A stretch of 62,676 nucleotides of DNA, counting the filler, from Sphacelaria rigidula (lineage: Eukaryota), in the NCBI GenBank assembly GCA_964200075.2. It is 10 parts of 10 records of this genome, joined end to end, with 100 filler letters (N's around TTAATTAATTAA, not from the genome) between each part and the next. Parts side by side here need not be neighbours in the genome. Positions count along the whole stretch, not along the records: positions 12,558 to 18,735 come from CAXNAA020021710.1; positions 18,836 to 25,013 come from CAXNAA020021711.1; 8 more parts are not named here. One strand, given 5' to 3'. A program made the position numbers and the translations under genes. Shown in pieces: positions 13,008 to 25,113 of the stretch. The notes beneath the pieces were generated by a model, which saw only the letters and a list, made by a program, of their open reading frames with translations, was not told where the DNA came from and ran no database searches. Each line of letters opens with the position of its first letter. Positions within the stretch are counted from its first letter, which is position 1.

Positions 13008-13525
13008 GGGGGGGGGAAAGGGGGTTTACTCATTTTCTTTCATGCCGTAGTCATATGATCATTGAAGTCGCATCCCTAAAAAGCCGGGAAGAAGCACGCC
13101 AGGATTTCGCCGGACCAGGCTCGCAATCAATTACCAAGCGCGAAGCGCCGTGATGTGTTCGGCGAGTCGCACGAAGGATGAGCTGCATCCTGGTGAGACT
13201 GTTCGGCCCGAAGCCCACTGATTATCTTGCACTTGGATGGCAGTCTTCAATGAGTTGCTTCATTTTCTGGTATCGCCACTTCCAGAGACAGTCGCGGGTT
13301 CCACACTGCCTCATGTATATCTCACCATATAATATACTTGCGTAAAATGATGAACCCCGTTGCGCGGAATTGAGGTTCTCCCACCCCGTACAACATGATC
13401 TGGCTCGACCACCATCATGGTTACCGCAAAAAACAGCCAAGTGGAAAAAAAAACCCGGCAACCTGGTTGCTTAGCTTACGCACCGAGTGGCGTGTTTTAC
13501 AGCGTCGTTGCCAACTTCAACCCCA
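13008..13525 (-). mobile_element. Family B element including 3' tail and poly(C)
   Basis: Body, internal CCTGGTCCGGCG repeat, GGATGCGACTTCAATGATCATATGACTACGGC tail and C-run on the minus strand. Confidence 0.78.
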
Positions 13526-13722
13526 TGCGGGTAAACCATGCGGGGATGCGAGTCATCGTTTTTCTTGGGCATCCCTGGCTGCCTACATTTAAATCTTATT
13601 GGTTTTCCGTTGCCGCTGAGAGCATGCCAATCGATCAACTACGACGCAAGATATGACCGATCGCTGTGAGGGCACCGTAGAGTGAAGGCACCCTAGACGC
13701 CGCTTTAGTCCATGAAGATTCC

Positions 13723-14488
13723 AAGGTTGCAGGATAACGGAATGCAATGGAAACATCTTCGAAGTAGATACGCCTCACTCTCCAACCGGATGTTGACATC
13801 GAGGTGGGAATCGTATCGCAGATATCATATTCATCTGGGATGTTCTTGTGGAATGTGGATATACCTCTGAGACATCTATCTGGAATGTGAATATCGCACA
13901 TCAGGGGTATTGACATTCACCTGGGATAACCCAGGGGGGACATTCATATCCCAGATGGATTCGCCAAATAGACACCCCAGACGGACATCCCAGACGGACA
14001 TATTAGACGAACAATCCGCATGAATATACCAGATGGACATCCCAGACGGGTATCCATATCCCAGATGCGCGCTCATCTGGGGTATGATTTGATTGATTGA
14101 TTGATTGATTGATTGTCGCACTTTAACTGACCACCCATGGGTCCAGCCGTGGTCCCATGATAGACAGACGTGCCTAAGACAAGCAAAACGGAAACACTTG
14201 GTCAAGAAAACGAAATCACAGAAAAAAGTCGAACAGAACGACGTCGTAGACTAAGATGTAAAAAAGCAAGAGTGAAATTAAATAAACGAAGGAAGAAAAA
14301 AATCGACAAAAGCAAAGCACAGAAAGAGATGGCCGACCTGAATATGAAGTTCTCAAATAGATGTCCATATTCCACATGAATATTCCAGATGAATCTGATA
14401 TCTCAGGTGGATATCTACCCGCGATGTGATATTTCGGATATACATCCATGTGATATATCCACATCCCAGGTGGAGGTTGCACGGTTAC
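13723..14488. repeat. Diverged inverted-repeat element with ATCCCAGATG motif arrays and an inserted (AATC)n-tailed fragment
   Basis: 13820-13900 is inverted relative to 14345-14405; (GATT)n at 14087-14114 followed by GTCGCAC, as also at 53129-53176. Confidence 0.55.
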
Positions 14489-15404
14489 GCATGGCTCCCT
14501 TATTCTTACGTAATAGGCTGCTTGGTACCTTGTCAGCAGACAAGATAGAATTGCATTGTCTCTCTCTATATATATTTGTCATATCGTTTCATTCTTACAC
14601 TCGAGTCTACCAGCTGGTGATACTCGTCTAGCAGACACGGAGTGACTGAAAGAGAACGAGTCAAGCGAAGGACCCATGGGGGACGCATCATAACTATGGG
14701 CAGGGAGAGCTGCTTTGTTCGGCTCTTTACAGCAAGTAGGAATTCATGTTGCGATCTGCACATCTGCTCAGGCAGACCTACGTGGAAACGCAGCACTCAG
14801 GTGGTGAAATCGGTACGACATCAGCCAGTTTGGGCGAAGTGGTGAGCTCGAATCCCGGCAGTAAGTGTTTATGTTACTCGTTATCATCGGAGAAAACGTG
14901 AAAGCATGAGTTAACAAAACATTTGATGAAACAACGTGCTGTGGAGCACTGCTCCAACGCTCGAAAATATATTACAAGGTAGGTGGCGTTGGAGAGATAC
15001 TGTTGGTTGATCCCTCGAGCCTCCGGACTTGTCCCGAGGATGGGGAGGTCGAAACGATAACACAATGTACTTCTCAAATAAATATGTACATATTTCATCG
15101 AACAATGCTATCATGAGCACTACTATGTGCTACAACTGTAATCAACCCAGCCCGGATGGCAACGAGAAACGTACGACAGGCGTGTAAACGTGCTGATGAC
15201 ACATCCTCACGGGGGAAACACTAACACAATTTCTGCAGTATAATTTTACTCCGTGTGGACAAGAAATCGATATTCGAACCGACAAAACGAGCACTGTCTC
15301 CACGATTGGTGCACTACAATTCTTATTAAAGTCCATATGCACAAGCAATCAAGTATATTTTCAGGCATGCCCGTATCAAAATCCCTTAGGATAGCTTGGG
15401 CGCG

Positions 15405-18213
15405 CTATTGCCTGCGCCCTCCAGCAGGCCGCGGAAGTTGGCGCGGCGCCGACTTCTTCCCACCCTTGCTCTCCTTTTTCAATCTAGCAAGCTCTTTCTT
15501 GAGATCCCTGCAAACACAAAGGAACAAAACATTTCAAGGTGGGGGCGGTCGCAAAGTGCACGTTGATGTTGGTCGATGACCGTATCTCGATCACCATGTT
15601 TGGGGCAGCGTATTCCCTACTAACGCATTGCCAGAAACTCAAGAGGTACAACCGCACGCTTCGTCACGGGACGAGCAAGAGTGATCTTTGTGGATCACCA
15701 CGCCGTACAATGAATAAATGGTATATTTTGAAGATGAAGAACGCACTACACCTGATGAAGTGAGTGAGTAAAACCTCAAAGGGGGCAAGGTGCAGCACTT
15801 ACTTCAGCTGAGCGGCACTGCCCTCTCCGGAGTCTTGGCAGTCTTTTCCGAAGTGTAGCACGCGCTCTGTCCTCTCCCCTTGTCTATCAGCCGGACTCAC
15901 GCACAGCAACGTCACGATCTAACATAGCAAACCAAGATACGGTTGGGCGGACGTGGTTTAGCATCACGAAAGTAAGTATTGGTTTCTCGATATGTGATTT
16001 CACCGTTACCGGCGGTTCGTTGTTCATACTTTCAGAAGTGGAGGCGGTTTTCTATTAAACCGAGCGAAAACATGACATCACGGACAAATCCACTACTGTA
16101 GATGAGACGAGATATGCCATTCTCATCTGATGAGAGCGCACAAACATGCCGTCGACCCGAAGACACTAAATCCAGTTCCACTTAATACCCACTCGGTATG
16201 CGAAACAACCTTGGGCTGAGTCTAAGTACAAACACCCACCAACCTTGGCTGTATCAGTGAGGCAACCCCGCACCATTCCGACCAGTGGATTACTTCGAGA
16301 ACCAGGAGTCTCCCCCTCCCCATCCTCTGCTTTCATCGCCGTCGCGGTTGCGTGGGCGCGCATCAACTGCGCCAATGCAGGAGGCCACCTGTCTCCGCTC
16401 TGCTCTTCGGCCAACTCTGCGATAAGTATCTCGCTCGATGATAATTCATTTGTGCTGTGGTTGCGGAGCTCCACACGAACTTTTGACAAGAAATGCCGTT
16501 CTCTGCTGCGTGTCGACCCTGGGGCTTCTTGTTGAAGAGCGGCCACTGCTCTTAATCTGGCCGCCTCGACAATTGACACAACTTCCTGAGGAGATTCCGC
16601 GGCCACAGCGCGTCCCCACAACCGACTTTCTGGGGGCGAGGGTGGCGCCCGGGCTGAATTCACAATGTCCTTCTTCTCTGGCACAACACCATCAACGCAA
16701 TCACCGGCTCCGGAGTCCTGCTGCGCCGGGTCGCAGCTTTGATCCGCCGGCGGCAATGGCGGCAGGAGACACTCCACGAAGTCCTTACCATCTTGTGAAG
16801 TTGGTCCCGAGGGGAATGACGCTGATACCGCGGCAGCGTTGACCGTCGCCGTAAACGCGCACTGTGAACTTCTATGCAACAAAGTGGCGAACGCTTCGGC
16901 CATGAGCCGCGGGAATAGCCCCGCCAGGGGCGTCGTCTTAGCGACAACCCCACCAGCCCCACCGCCATCCGCGTCCGTATCCCCACCACCACCACCACCA
17001 CCACCACCACCACCACCACCACCGCCTTTGTTCCCTTTTGCCTTCCGCGGGCCCTTCCTCGTCGGCGAATCAACGCCCGCTGGGGGACCTGCACCCACAG
17101 CTTCTACCGACACAGCTCTACCTCTATCTGCCGTCGGCAAAAAGAACCCGCCAGTTGTTGTGCTCGCCCTATCTGGGTATCCCACAAGCGTCAAGGTCTT
17201 ACCGGAGGCTGTGGCGCCGGCGATCAGGAGGAGCACACTGTGCCCGTCTGCGAGGCTTGTGCCCAGTCCTGCGAGCTCTCGGTACAACTCTATCTGCGCA
17301 GTGGCCATCGCTGACGGTTCCACGGACTGGTTCTGAAATACGTGCGTGTATTGCCAATGTTGCTGTGCCGCCGTCAGGAGCGCCAATGACTGCTTACCAT
17401 CTCGGAGGCAAACCTATGCGCATAGTGAGAACGTGATTGCGAGGTCTTGCTTCAGTTGAGGTTCCGGAGTGAAAAGGTGACCACGTAGACACATTTTGGC
17501 GTGCTTCTGCGGCACGGGCATGCGTGCGTACAGCACTGTTTCGTTGGTTCTCTGTGAGTCATCAGTTCTTGTTTTTTGTGACCTCCCTTTCCAAAAGGCT
17601 TGCTGCGGTGTGACGTGATGGCGGTGAGGGCGAGCATCAGAGGACCCTATGATCGAGTTGTTCTCAACAGGGTGGTCGTCAAATGAAATGGACGTCGTGA
17701 TTCAAGGCACCGTGGCGCGCATCAGGAGTGTATTCCACCGCACGAAATATAGCAATGGGCGCCACAGGGGAGGTCGGGGCTGTTTTGTGCAGTTCCTGGA
17801 GTAATTTCCTTCCGTCCTCAGGTAAGCTAAATCGTTGAAAGATGGATACGATCGGTGTAGTTGATCTACGGTCTGCGTGGTATGGCATCAACCGCTAAAC
17901 TGACAAGAGTGGCGTCCAGGTCACGCCAAACTCTTAATCAAAATCACACGTTCCAGCGACCATGGATCGACTACTTCTCACGAAGAAGACACACGCTCCC
18001 GCTGCGGTCATTCAGTGGGCAAGCCGTCGCACGAAATTTTTCGGTCATTTTCAGGTATGCATATCGCGACTCTCCTATCACACCTAGTCATCATGGCTCA
18101 CCTCCTTGCAGCCGGCGTTTTTCTCTCCATCGTTCATGGGCCGCACACGTGCGTACACTCGCGTTTGACCCTTTGTGTCCTCTATCTGGTTGTGAAGCTG
18201 CAATAAAAGAGAT

Positions 18214-18257
<44 letters not shown>

Positions 18258-18596
18258 CAAACTCGTATTCGAAGAGCTGTGACAGCGGTATACCGTTCGA
18301 ATGAGAACTACAATATGTCCACATATGTATACCGTGTGATGTTACAGGGCCCTGCAACTTCTGTGTAGTGGTTCTCGGGCTGCGTCAGCGACAGAGCGAC
18401 TTGCCTGCTTTGCACGTTCCATTTCCCTGCGAACGCTGGTGTTCAACTGCCTATTAGTCTGGTCGATATGCTTGCAACGAGAATGTTCCTCCTGCTTGTG
18501 ACGCATCCACGCACGCGCTTCGTCTGCTTGACTCGTGTCCTGCGTTTGAGTAACGTCGCCGGAGTTCCACGAGTTGACGAACCCCGTGTAAACAAG
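15405..18596 (-). CDS. Kinesin-14 (C-terminal motor, KCBP-like) with divergent motor domain; 5' end missing at contig edge
   Basis: Phase-consistent exons 18596-18405, 18197-18102, 17413-16244, 15918-15803, 15507-15405 (TAG). Spliced product has the kinesin-14 neck EMERAKQLHNQIEDTKGQTRVYARVRP, P-loop GATASGKT, GLFPRL, LLCVSPA..ERTERVLHF and a C-terminal KELARLKK helix. Confidence 0.9.
18217..18254. repeat. (GA)n microsatellite in a kinesin intron
   Basis: Direct reading. Confidence 0.95.
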
Positions 18597-18735
18597 CTAA
18601 ACGGTCGGCAGAACCTTGCATCGTGCATGAGGGGTATGCGGGTGGAAGAATATGGAATGTTCTCTGAGGACCGACGCCCGTATGGCAAGCACGACTACTG
18701 CAGCGGCCAAAGCGGTGCGAGACGGCAAGATGGGA

Positions 18736-18835
18736 NNNNNNNNNNNNNNNNNNNNNNNNNNNNNNNNNNNNNNNNNNNNTTAATTAATTAANNNNNNNNN
18801 NNNNNNNNNNNNNNNNNNNNNNNNNNNNNNNNNNN
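18736..18835. other. Artificial contig linker
   Basis: N44-TTAATTAATTAA-N44. Confidence 0.97.
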
Positions 18836-19688
18836 GTTGTATTGCATTTGGATGACAGCCTACAATGAGTTGCTTTATTTTCTGGTGTCGCCATTTCCAG
18901 AGACAGCCACAGCTCATACACTGTCTCATGGGTGCCTCACCAAGAGGGGGGGGGAGTGGTCTGTCCGCAGAGGAGTCGAAAATTTCACCAAGTCAACCAT
19001 GTGTGTTTGGAAGTTTCCCGCGGAAAACTATGAGCCGTGAACGAGGCCCGAAAGGCGCGGAATGCCAATTCTGACCAATCACGGTCTTCAAAATGAGCAC
19101 CTTCTTCCGGTTCGGGTGGACTACGTTGGACGAATTCGCTGTCTACCCCCACGACTCATTTTGGTCATAGGAAATTTATCATAGATTACATGGGTGCAAA
19201 TTGTTTTGTATTCCGCTCGTGGTCTACGTCGCCTGCCTGACCTCTCATGTGCTGCCAGCATAGCTGAACACTGTAGTGTTGATGAGCAGTAGGCAGAGGC
19301 GTCAGCAGCATGCAGTAAATTGTGTTCAGTGGAGAGCGATGGCACACTTACATGTCTCTTGCCGTTGTATCCAGTGAAAACATACAGCACATAAAAATAC
19401 CGACTCTGCACGCAATTGGCTGCTGGGTCAAAACTGATTAAGGGTTCTCCGGGACTATTTTCTATATAGATTACAAATGTCAAAATGTGAAAAAAGGCGT
19501 TTTGTCTAGCGAGAAAAGAGCAGTTTTGAACTCCAAACGTGGCATAGTCGAACTCAGTCCACCTGCGGCGGGGTCGCTGTCTAGGGGTTAAGGTCTGCCA
19601 GGAGGGGTGTTCGTTCGGATAGCGACCTCGCGGAGATATCTTCATGGCGTCATTCATGTTTGGGAAGCGCCAAATGTTGCTATTCTCC

Positions 19689-20031
19689 GTGTGTGTGTGT
19701 GTTGTCCCATCTATTCTGGACGCTGGTCTACACCTTTCGGTATGTGTGGGCGCACCAGCAGGGGTCACACAGAAGGAAGGTCAACACAGGAGTGTTTTCT
19801 TTTTTGTTTGTCTTTAGCGCTCCACCCTCCTTCTGCGGTGCTCGCCTTTACTTGCTATCGCGAGAGGAGTTCAGCAGTCCCTTTCCTCCCGTTGAGTCGA
19901 ATTTTGTGTATCCACGACATAGTCGCTCTCCCCTGTTGGGCATTGCGTAAGGAAAAATCCCAGATCGCTCCGAGATTTGAGCCGACGACCCAATCGTCAG
20001 AGGGTTTCGAGGTTACCAACTGAGCCACCGG
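19689..20031 (-). mobile_element. tRNA-derived SINE with (CA)n tail
   Basis: A box TGGCTCAGTTGG, B box GGCTCAAATCT, shared body, (AC)n end. Confidence 0.85.
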
Positions 20032-20300
20032 TACTCCACAATAATGTAATGATGGAGGGTGAGGAACCCCTTGACGTTGGAGGGTGTTATTCTCCGTCAC
20101 CCGCTGTCAATAGATACTGTCCGGCTACAGATATCATCTACCGGTCCTTGACTGTGGAACCTTTTCTAACATGATCGATGATTTGCATGTTTTGAAGCAG
20201 TTTGTACAGCACAATTGTACAGCGTTCCTGAGATGGGCTGAGAAGCGGTGTCGGCGTGGCGGTGAGTGTGGTTCTTCTATACTGCTGCTCGACTGCTCAC

Positions 20301-20965
20301 CAGGTATGACGAAGGCGGTGGCATCGTGGCCGACTAAAAGAGCACCCACTCCGATCGCCGCCCCTGCCAGCTTCTGTCATGGCGATTGTGCGTGTGACAA
20401 AATGCAAGAATACGACACCCGGTGAGGAAATAAGTTAGTCAGATGTGGGTTTCAATTTACAGATTTCGCTGGGCGAAAACGGTTGCTGAGGAGGCGCAGG
20501 AGGTCCAGCAGAACATGGATTAAAGAATGCTCTCTGGTGGGCGTGATGGTCCGTTGCCTGCATGCTCTCTGGTTCACAGCAGCAATTTAGTGCTAGTACC
20601 TTCTATGACAGCTATATTACAGTGGTAACACAATATTGAAGCCAATACAACATTATAGTACAGAGAAGTAGGGTAAAGTACAGTCGGGTACAGCACAGTC
20701 AGTAACATGTGCTACATAGACATGTAGCATAAGTCAGTGATAGGTGATACAGTGGTACTCCATACTAGACACGTCTCAGGAGAGCTCATACACACAACAG
20801 TACACCAGTAGAGTGCCACGCCATGACAACGCATCATTACCTATACCAGCACAGAGGCGGGAACACATGATCCCACTGCTGTGCAAAAACGCGATTTTAC
20901 TCTCATAACCACTAGAGATACGAACACACGGACACCAGACCAATCCAACTTATGCTAACCGGCAT
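20301..20965 (-). CDS. Putative first two exons of a plastid-targeted protein, divergent from FTO
   Basis: caccATG CCG|gttagc (20965-20960) spliced to 20373-20301 (cag|...|gtgag) gives MPKLAGAAIGVGALLVGHDATA-FVIP, a signal peptide plus ASAFAP-like motif; downstream exons not found. Confidence 0.45.
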
Positions 20966-21338
20966 GGTGAGCTGATGACCACCGGCCTTCTCGTCCCCTC
21001 TTGTACGTGATGCTGGTAGAAAGTGCTGGATTCAATCGTTGTGTTTCACGGAGATCTGGGGGTACTGAGAAGTGCCTCGATTTGGAAAATGACCAAAACA
21101 GCCGTGTAATATAGCCAGTTCGTGACTACTCGCCCACCGTCCGCACGGCAGTCTGTACAGTTGTACTTCAGTCACTGGTGGCAACAGCTTGTCCATCTAT
21201 TGCTTAGTGTGCTTACACAAACGACAATAGCTGAGTATAATCTTGTTCTCGTGCTTGGTCTGGGTCAAAGGTTGTTAGCGTACTACCCACGTGCCGCAAC
21301 GCGCCTTGCCGTCGTAAGGGTCAGCGAGTCATAATTCA

Positions 21339-24155
21339 ATGGCACGGACAGACCACCCCGCAGCCCCAACACACCGGCAACATGACGGTCATAGCGGCCA
21401 CGGAGGCAAGAGGGCCAAGAACAAGAAGAACAAGAAGAACAAAAGAAAGGGAGAGATGTTACCCCAGTTAGGAGAGCAGAACAGTGTTTTGGCTGCTGCT
21501 GGGTCTCCTCGGCTAGCGTCCTCCCCACTCTCTGGTGGCAGCATTGGCAAGAAGCGTAAGATACTCTCATCCGCTCCCGATCATCAGGTTGGTCGTTTCC
21601 TGCAAACAGTATTGAAAGTTGGTCTTATTGACAGTCGCAACCGGCTGCTCGCTCTCCGGTTGTTGTGATGGCATTACAGTATGCTCACACCATTGCTGCC
21701 CGACAGTTGTGTACAGCTGCATTACATGTATAGCACAAAGCGACGCGAATGAACCACACATAGACACCGCCGTTAGTCCTGGCGATTACGACCTCTGGAT
21801 GGCCCTTTGAGCACCCGCTGATGTTGACCCTCGTCGTTCAAGTGAACATGATTCCGAATCAACAACTGAGAGGTGAGACCTGGGCGGTTACAGGATTGGT
21901 GTAATTTTTACTCGGACGGGCTTTGGGAACGGCCAAAAATAGTTGTCGACTGGTCCTATTGACTAAAACTACGTCTTTGAAATAGAAGAGGCTCGTCCCA
22001 GCGCGCACGTCTTGTTCTTTTTGGCCTTCAGACAACCCACAGAGCATGCAGGAGATCATGAAAGCAAACTAAAGAATGTACGAAAGTGTACAAGACAAGA
22101 ACATGAATGAACCGTGAGAACGAGAAGATGCCAGCTACGGTTTACAGTTTCTCGTACAAATCACCCTCTAACCCTCCGCTACATCTCCCCGTGCCTACCT
22201 TGCCAACCCACCCGTCGAACACACTGCACCCCAGACCACCACCCCATGCGACGACCGCAGCAACAACACGAAGCAAAAGCGAGCCAAGAGAAAGCCCCCA
22301 CGATTCACTCATCCAGCTCTGCAATCCGAGCTTACACGCCTGCGACGCCCGTGGCTCTCCCCGGGCGACGCTCTCTTCGAGGAGGCATTGGCCTCCAGCT
22401 ATCGTGGCTTGAGGCATGTGCCCGCCGCGGACGTGCCAACGTCGGTGCACAAAGGCTTCCGGCGAGCGTTCGATTCTCTCTCCCACGCCGGTCTGTTTCT
22501 GTACGACACGGTGCAGGCGGGAGGGAAACGCCTGAGCAGGACATTTGTGACGCGGACTTTGGTCGGTGATGCTGGCATCACGTACAAGGTACATGCGTGT
22601 CTTATCAGGCGCTCTCGTCAGTGCACAAGTACCATTACGCCGAGCAAAACCCAACATTTGGGTTGCTCTTCGTGTAACGTATTCCCAAAATTCTGACGCC
22701 AACCGCGCCGTCCTTGACAAAATATTCCCACCTTTTTTTGTCACGTTCCTTTGCCCCGATTAAAGTACCTGGGGTTGCGACTCTTCGCGCACCCTTGGGA
22801 CCGCGACCCAGGCTTCGATTTTCGAACAGGGCCTGGAGATGCCTTGGCAAATGCTCTGGATGATCCTTGTCTCAATGATCTCTTGGACGCGGCTGGCGGA
22901 GCTGCTGCTGAAAACAGCGGCTCTAGCGGCGGTGTTCAAGGGGCAGGCGAGAAAATCCAGCGTGCCGATGTTGGGAGCACTCTGCGCGATATCGCGATTC
23001 TGAGTAGCTGGATGCACGGGCGGGCGGTGGGATTGCTGCGCGACCACAGCCGTGGCGTTGGTGCCGCTGAAGGGGTAGCGGAGGGCGGGGGGGAGACAGG
23101 AAGCTGTGATTTCAACCTAACCCTGATCAATCGCATGGAGTGCTCGTCAACTAAGCGAGATCTGAAGCCCGACCCTCTGTTTTCCATGGGGAAGTGCTCG
23201 GTCAGCTGGCATGCTGACAGCTGTCTCCAAGATTTCTCCACGATTGGTATGATTGGCGTCTATGGGGGAAGGGCGGGGGAACGGGGGAGAGGGGGATCGT
23301 AGCAAGTAGCTTTTGAAAGGTATTCAGCTGTTGTTTTGAGTTGATGCATGTCTTTAGATGTCAAATGCTATTGACAGTTTGCAGTTCCAATATGTAGACC
23401 ATGTCTACATGCGCTTCATCTTTGAAATGAGTTAGTCTACTCTGTGTTATTGTCTTGGTGCTCGAATATCTCCTTGCTCTTTCACTTCTTGCGTTCGTTT
23501 TTTGAGTAGGTCTCCCAACTTTGCCGCAACGCCGTTCGGCTGTTACCTTTTAGTTTTTTCGCATACTGATATCGAAAGGCGTACAAGCACTCAGTCAGTC
23601 AACTCTTTTCTGTTGACGATGACGGCCGCCAACACGAAGATCGGTTTGCTCGCAGCTTTTTTTTCTAATCTGTAGCAAATCGCGAGCTACAGGCACCGTG
23701 CAGGTATTTTCATACTGATCCGTCAAGCACTTCTTTTGGTGAAGATACATGGTAGCGAAAGTCTTTTCTGAGTGTTTTCCTGACATCGTTTCTCCATTAT
23801 GCTTGTGGGGATTCGACTCTTTTCCTTTCCCACACAAAACACAAAAACAACGATAAACCGCAGGCGTTTACCACTGTACCGATCCTGTGCCGGCCGAGCC
23901 CGATTGGGGTATCGCCGTACGAGTTTCTCAGGAAGCGGAGGGCTCGGATATATCTATGTCCAACGTAGAGAATGCTACGGCGGAGAAGCGATCGGCTAAG
24001 GAAGGGGGAAAGTCGGCAGTAGAAGAGGCGAGCACAACGACGGTGGCGGCGACGACGGAGGGGGGGCAGGGGCAAGGAAAAAGTGATGTAACGACGCCTC
24101 CGCTGCTTGTACCGCTGCAGAGCGGCGATGCGTACTTCCTCCTGGATGACTTCAA
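21339..24155 (+). CDS. FTO: FTO-family 2-oxoglutarate/Fe(II) dioxygenase (RNA m6A demethylase homologue); 3' exons missing
   Basis: Exons 21339-21587, 22235-22588, 22766-23246, 23864-24155, all GT-AG and phase-consistent. Motifs PWLSPGD, VTRTLVGDAGITYK|YLGLRLFAHPW, FNLTLIN, PLFSMGKCSVSWHADS (HxD) and PLQSGDAYFLLDDF match vertebrate FTO ([48 protein letters not shown]). Exon 1 is less certain. Confidence 0.93.
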
Positions 24156-24670
24156 GTAAGTGTTGAGTTCCATGCCGTGTGCTTCTTGACTGGGTGATAA
24201 GGATATAACATGCAGATGATGCCGAGTCGCGGGATTGTAGTCGCCCCTCTTTAAGTAGGTTATGCCATTTTTGTCAAGTTATTGTCCGGAGATGAGTCAG
24301 CTAGGATGTCGGTACCCAAGAATGCCGTAATTCTTAGTAGTCAAACCGTTGTGCGAAATTTCGTCTTCGGGCTACTTGTTGCTGTGCCAATGCCATGCAG
24401 AAGGTCGAAAGGGGTGCTCGATCAAATCAGAACGAGAAAACCAAAAGGGGCACTATTCCCTGTGCTAAAATGTTGCTGATTCGTCTAGCAGGCCTCGCCT
24501 GTGACCTCCAGGAAATCGGGGCGGGTCGTGTGCCTGTCGTCCACGATTGACACGTTGATGAACCATGCGGCGAACCACTGGTATCCAGTCTATACCAACA
24601 CTCGTACTGTATTGACCTGGAAGTTCCCAAAGGCGGTCCCTTCCAACCCCCCGCCCCCCCGCATCCATAT

Positions 24671-24736
24671 TTCTCCGTCTCGAAAGAGATGCGTGGTCAA
24701 TTGTCAAACGGCTGAGGCAAGCAACAAATGAGTACG
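24671..24736 (+). mobile_element. 66-bp family A LINE stub with TSD
   Basis: Conserved tail flanked by CCC(C/T)GCATCCATAT. Confidence 0.85.
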
Positions 24737-24825
24737 CCCTGCATCCATATGCAAGATAATGAGTACGCTTCAGGCCAAACAATCTTAATAGGACGCAGGT
24801 CACCCTTCGTGCGACTCACCGAACA

Positions 24826-24993
24826 CACAACGGCGGTTCGCGCTTGATAATTGCTAGCCTAGTCCGACGAAAACCCGGCGTACTCCGTGCCGGCTTTGTA
24901 GGGATGCGAGCTCAATGGTATTATGACCACGGTATGCAAGATCACGTGTACCCCCCCCCCCCCCCCCCCCCAACCCCCCCCCCCCCCCACCCC
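24826..24993 (+). mobile_element. Family B 3' end with long poly(C)
   Basis: Matches 13020-13170 reversed; followed by about 40 nt of nearly pure C. Confidence 0.75.
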
Positions 24994-25013
24994 ACACGCT
25001 TACCCCTTCATCA

Positions 25014-25113
25014 NNNNNNNNNNNNNNNNNNNNNNNNNNNNNNNNNNNNNNNNNNNNTTAATTAATTAANNNNNNNNNNNNNNNNNNNNNNNNNNNNNNN
25101 NNNNNNNNNNNNN
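25014..25113. other. Artificial contig linker
   Basis: N44-TTAATTAATTAA-N44. Confidence 0.97.

Noticed and set aside
17679..17891. Additional kinesin exon
   Set aside because: Exon 18197-18102 joins 17413 directly in frame; this ORF has no kinesin motif and only a weak donor.
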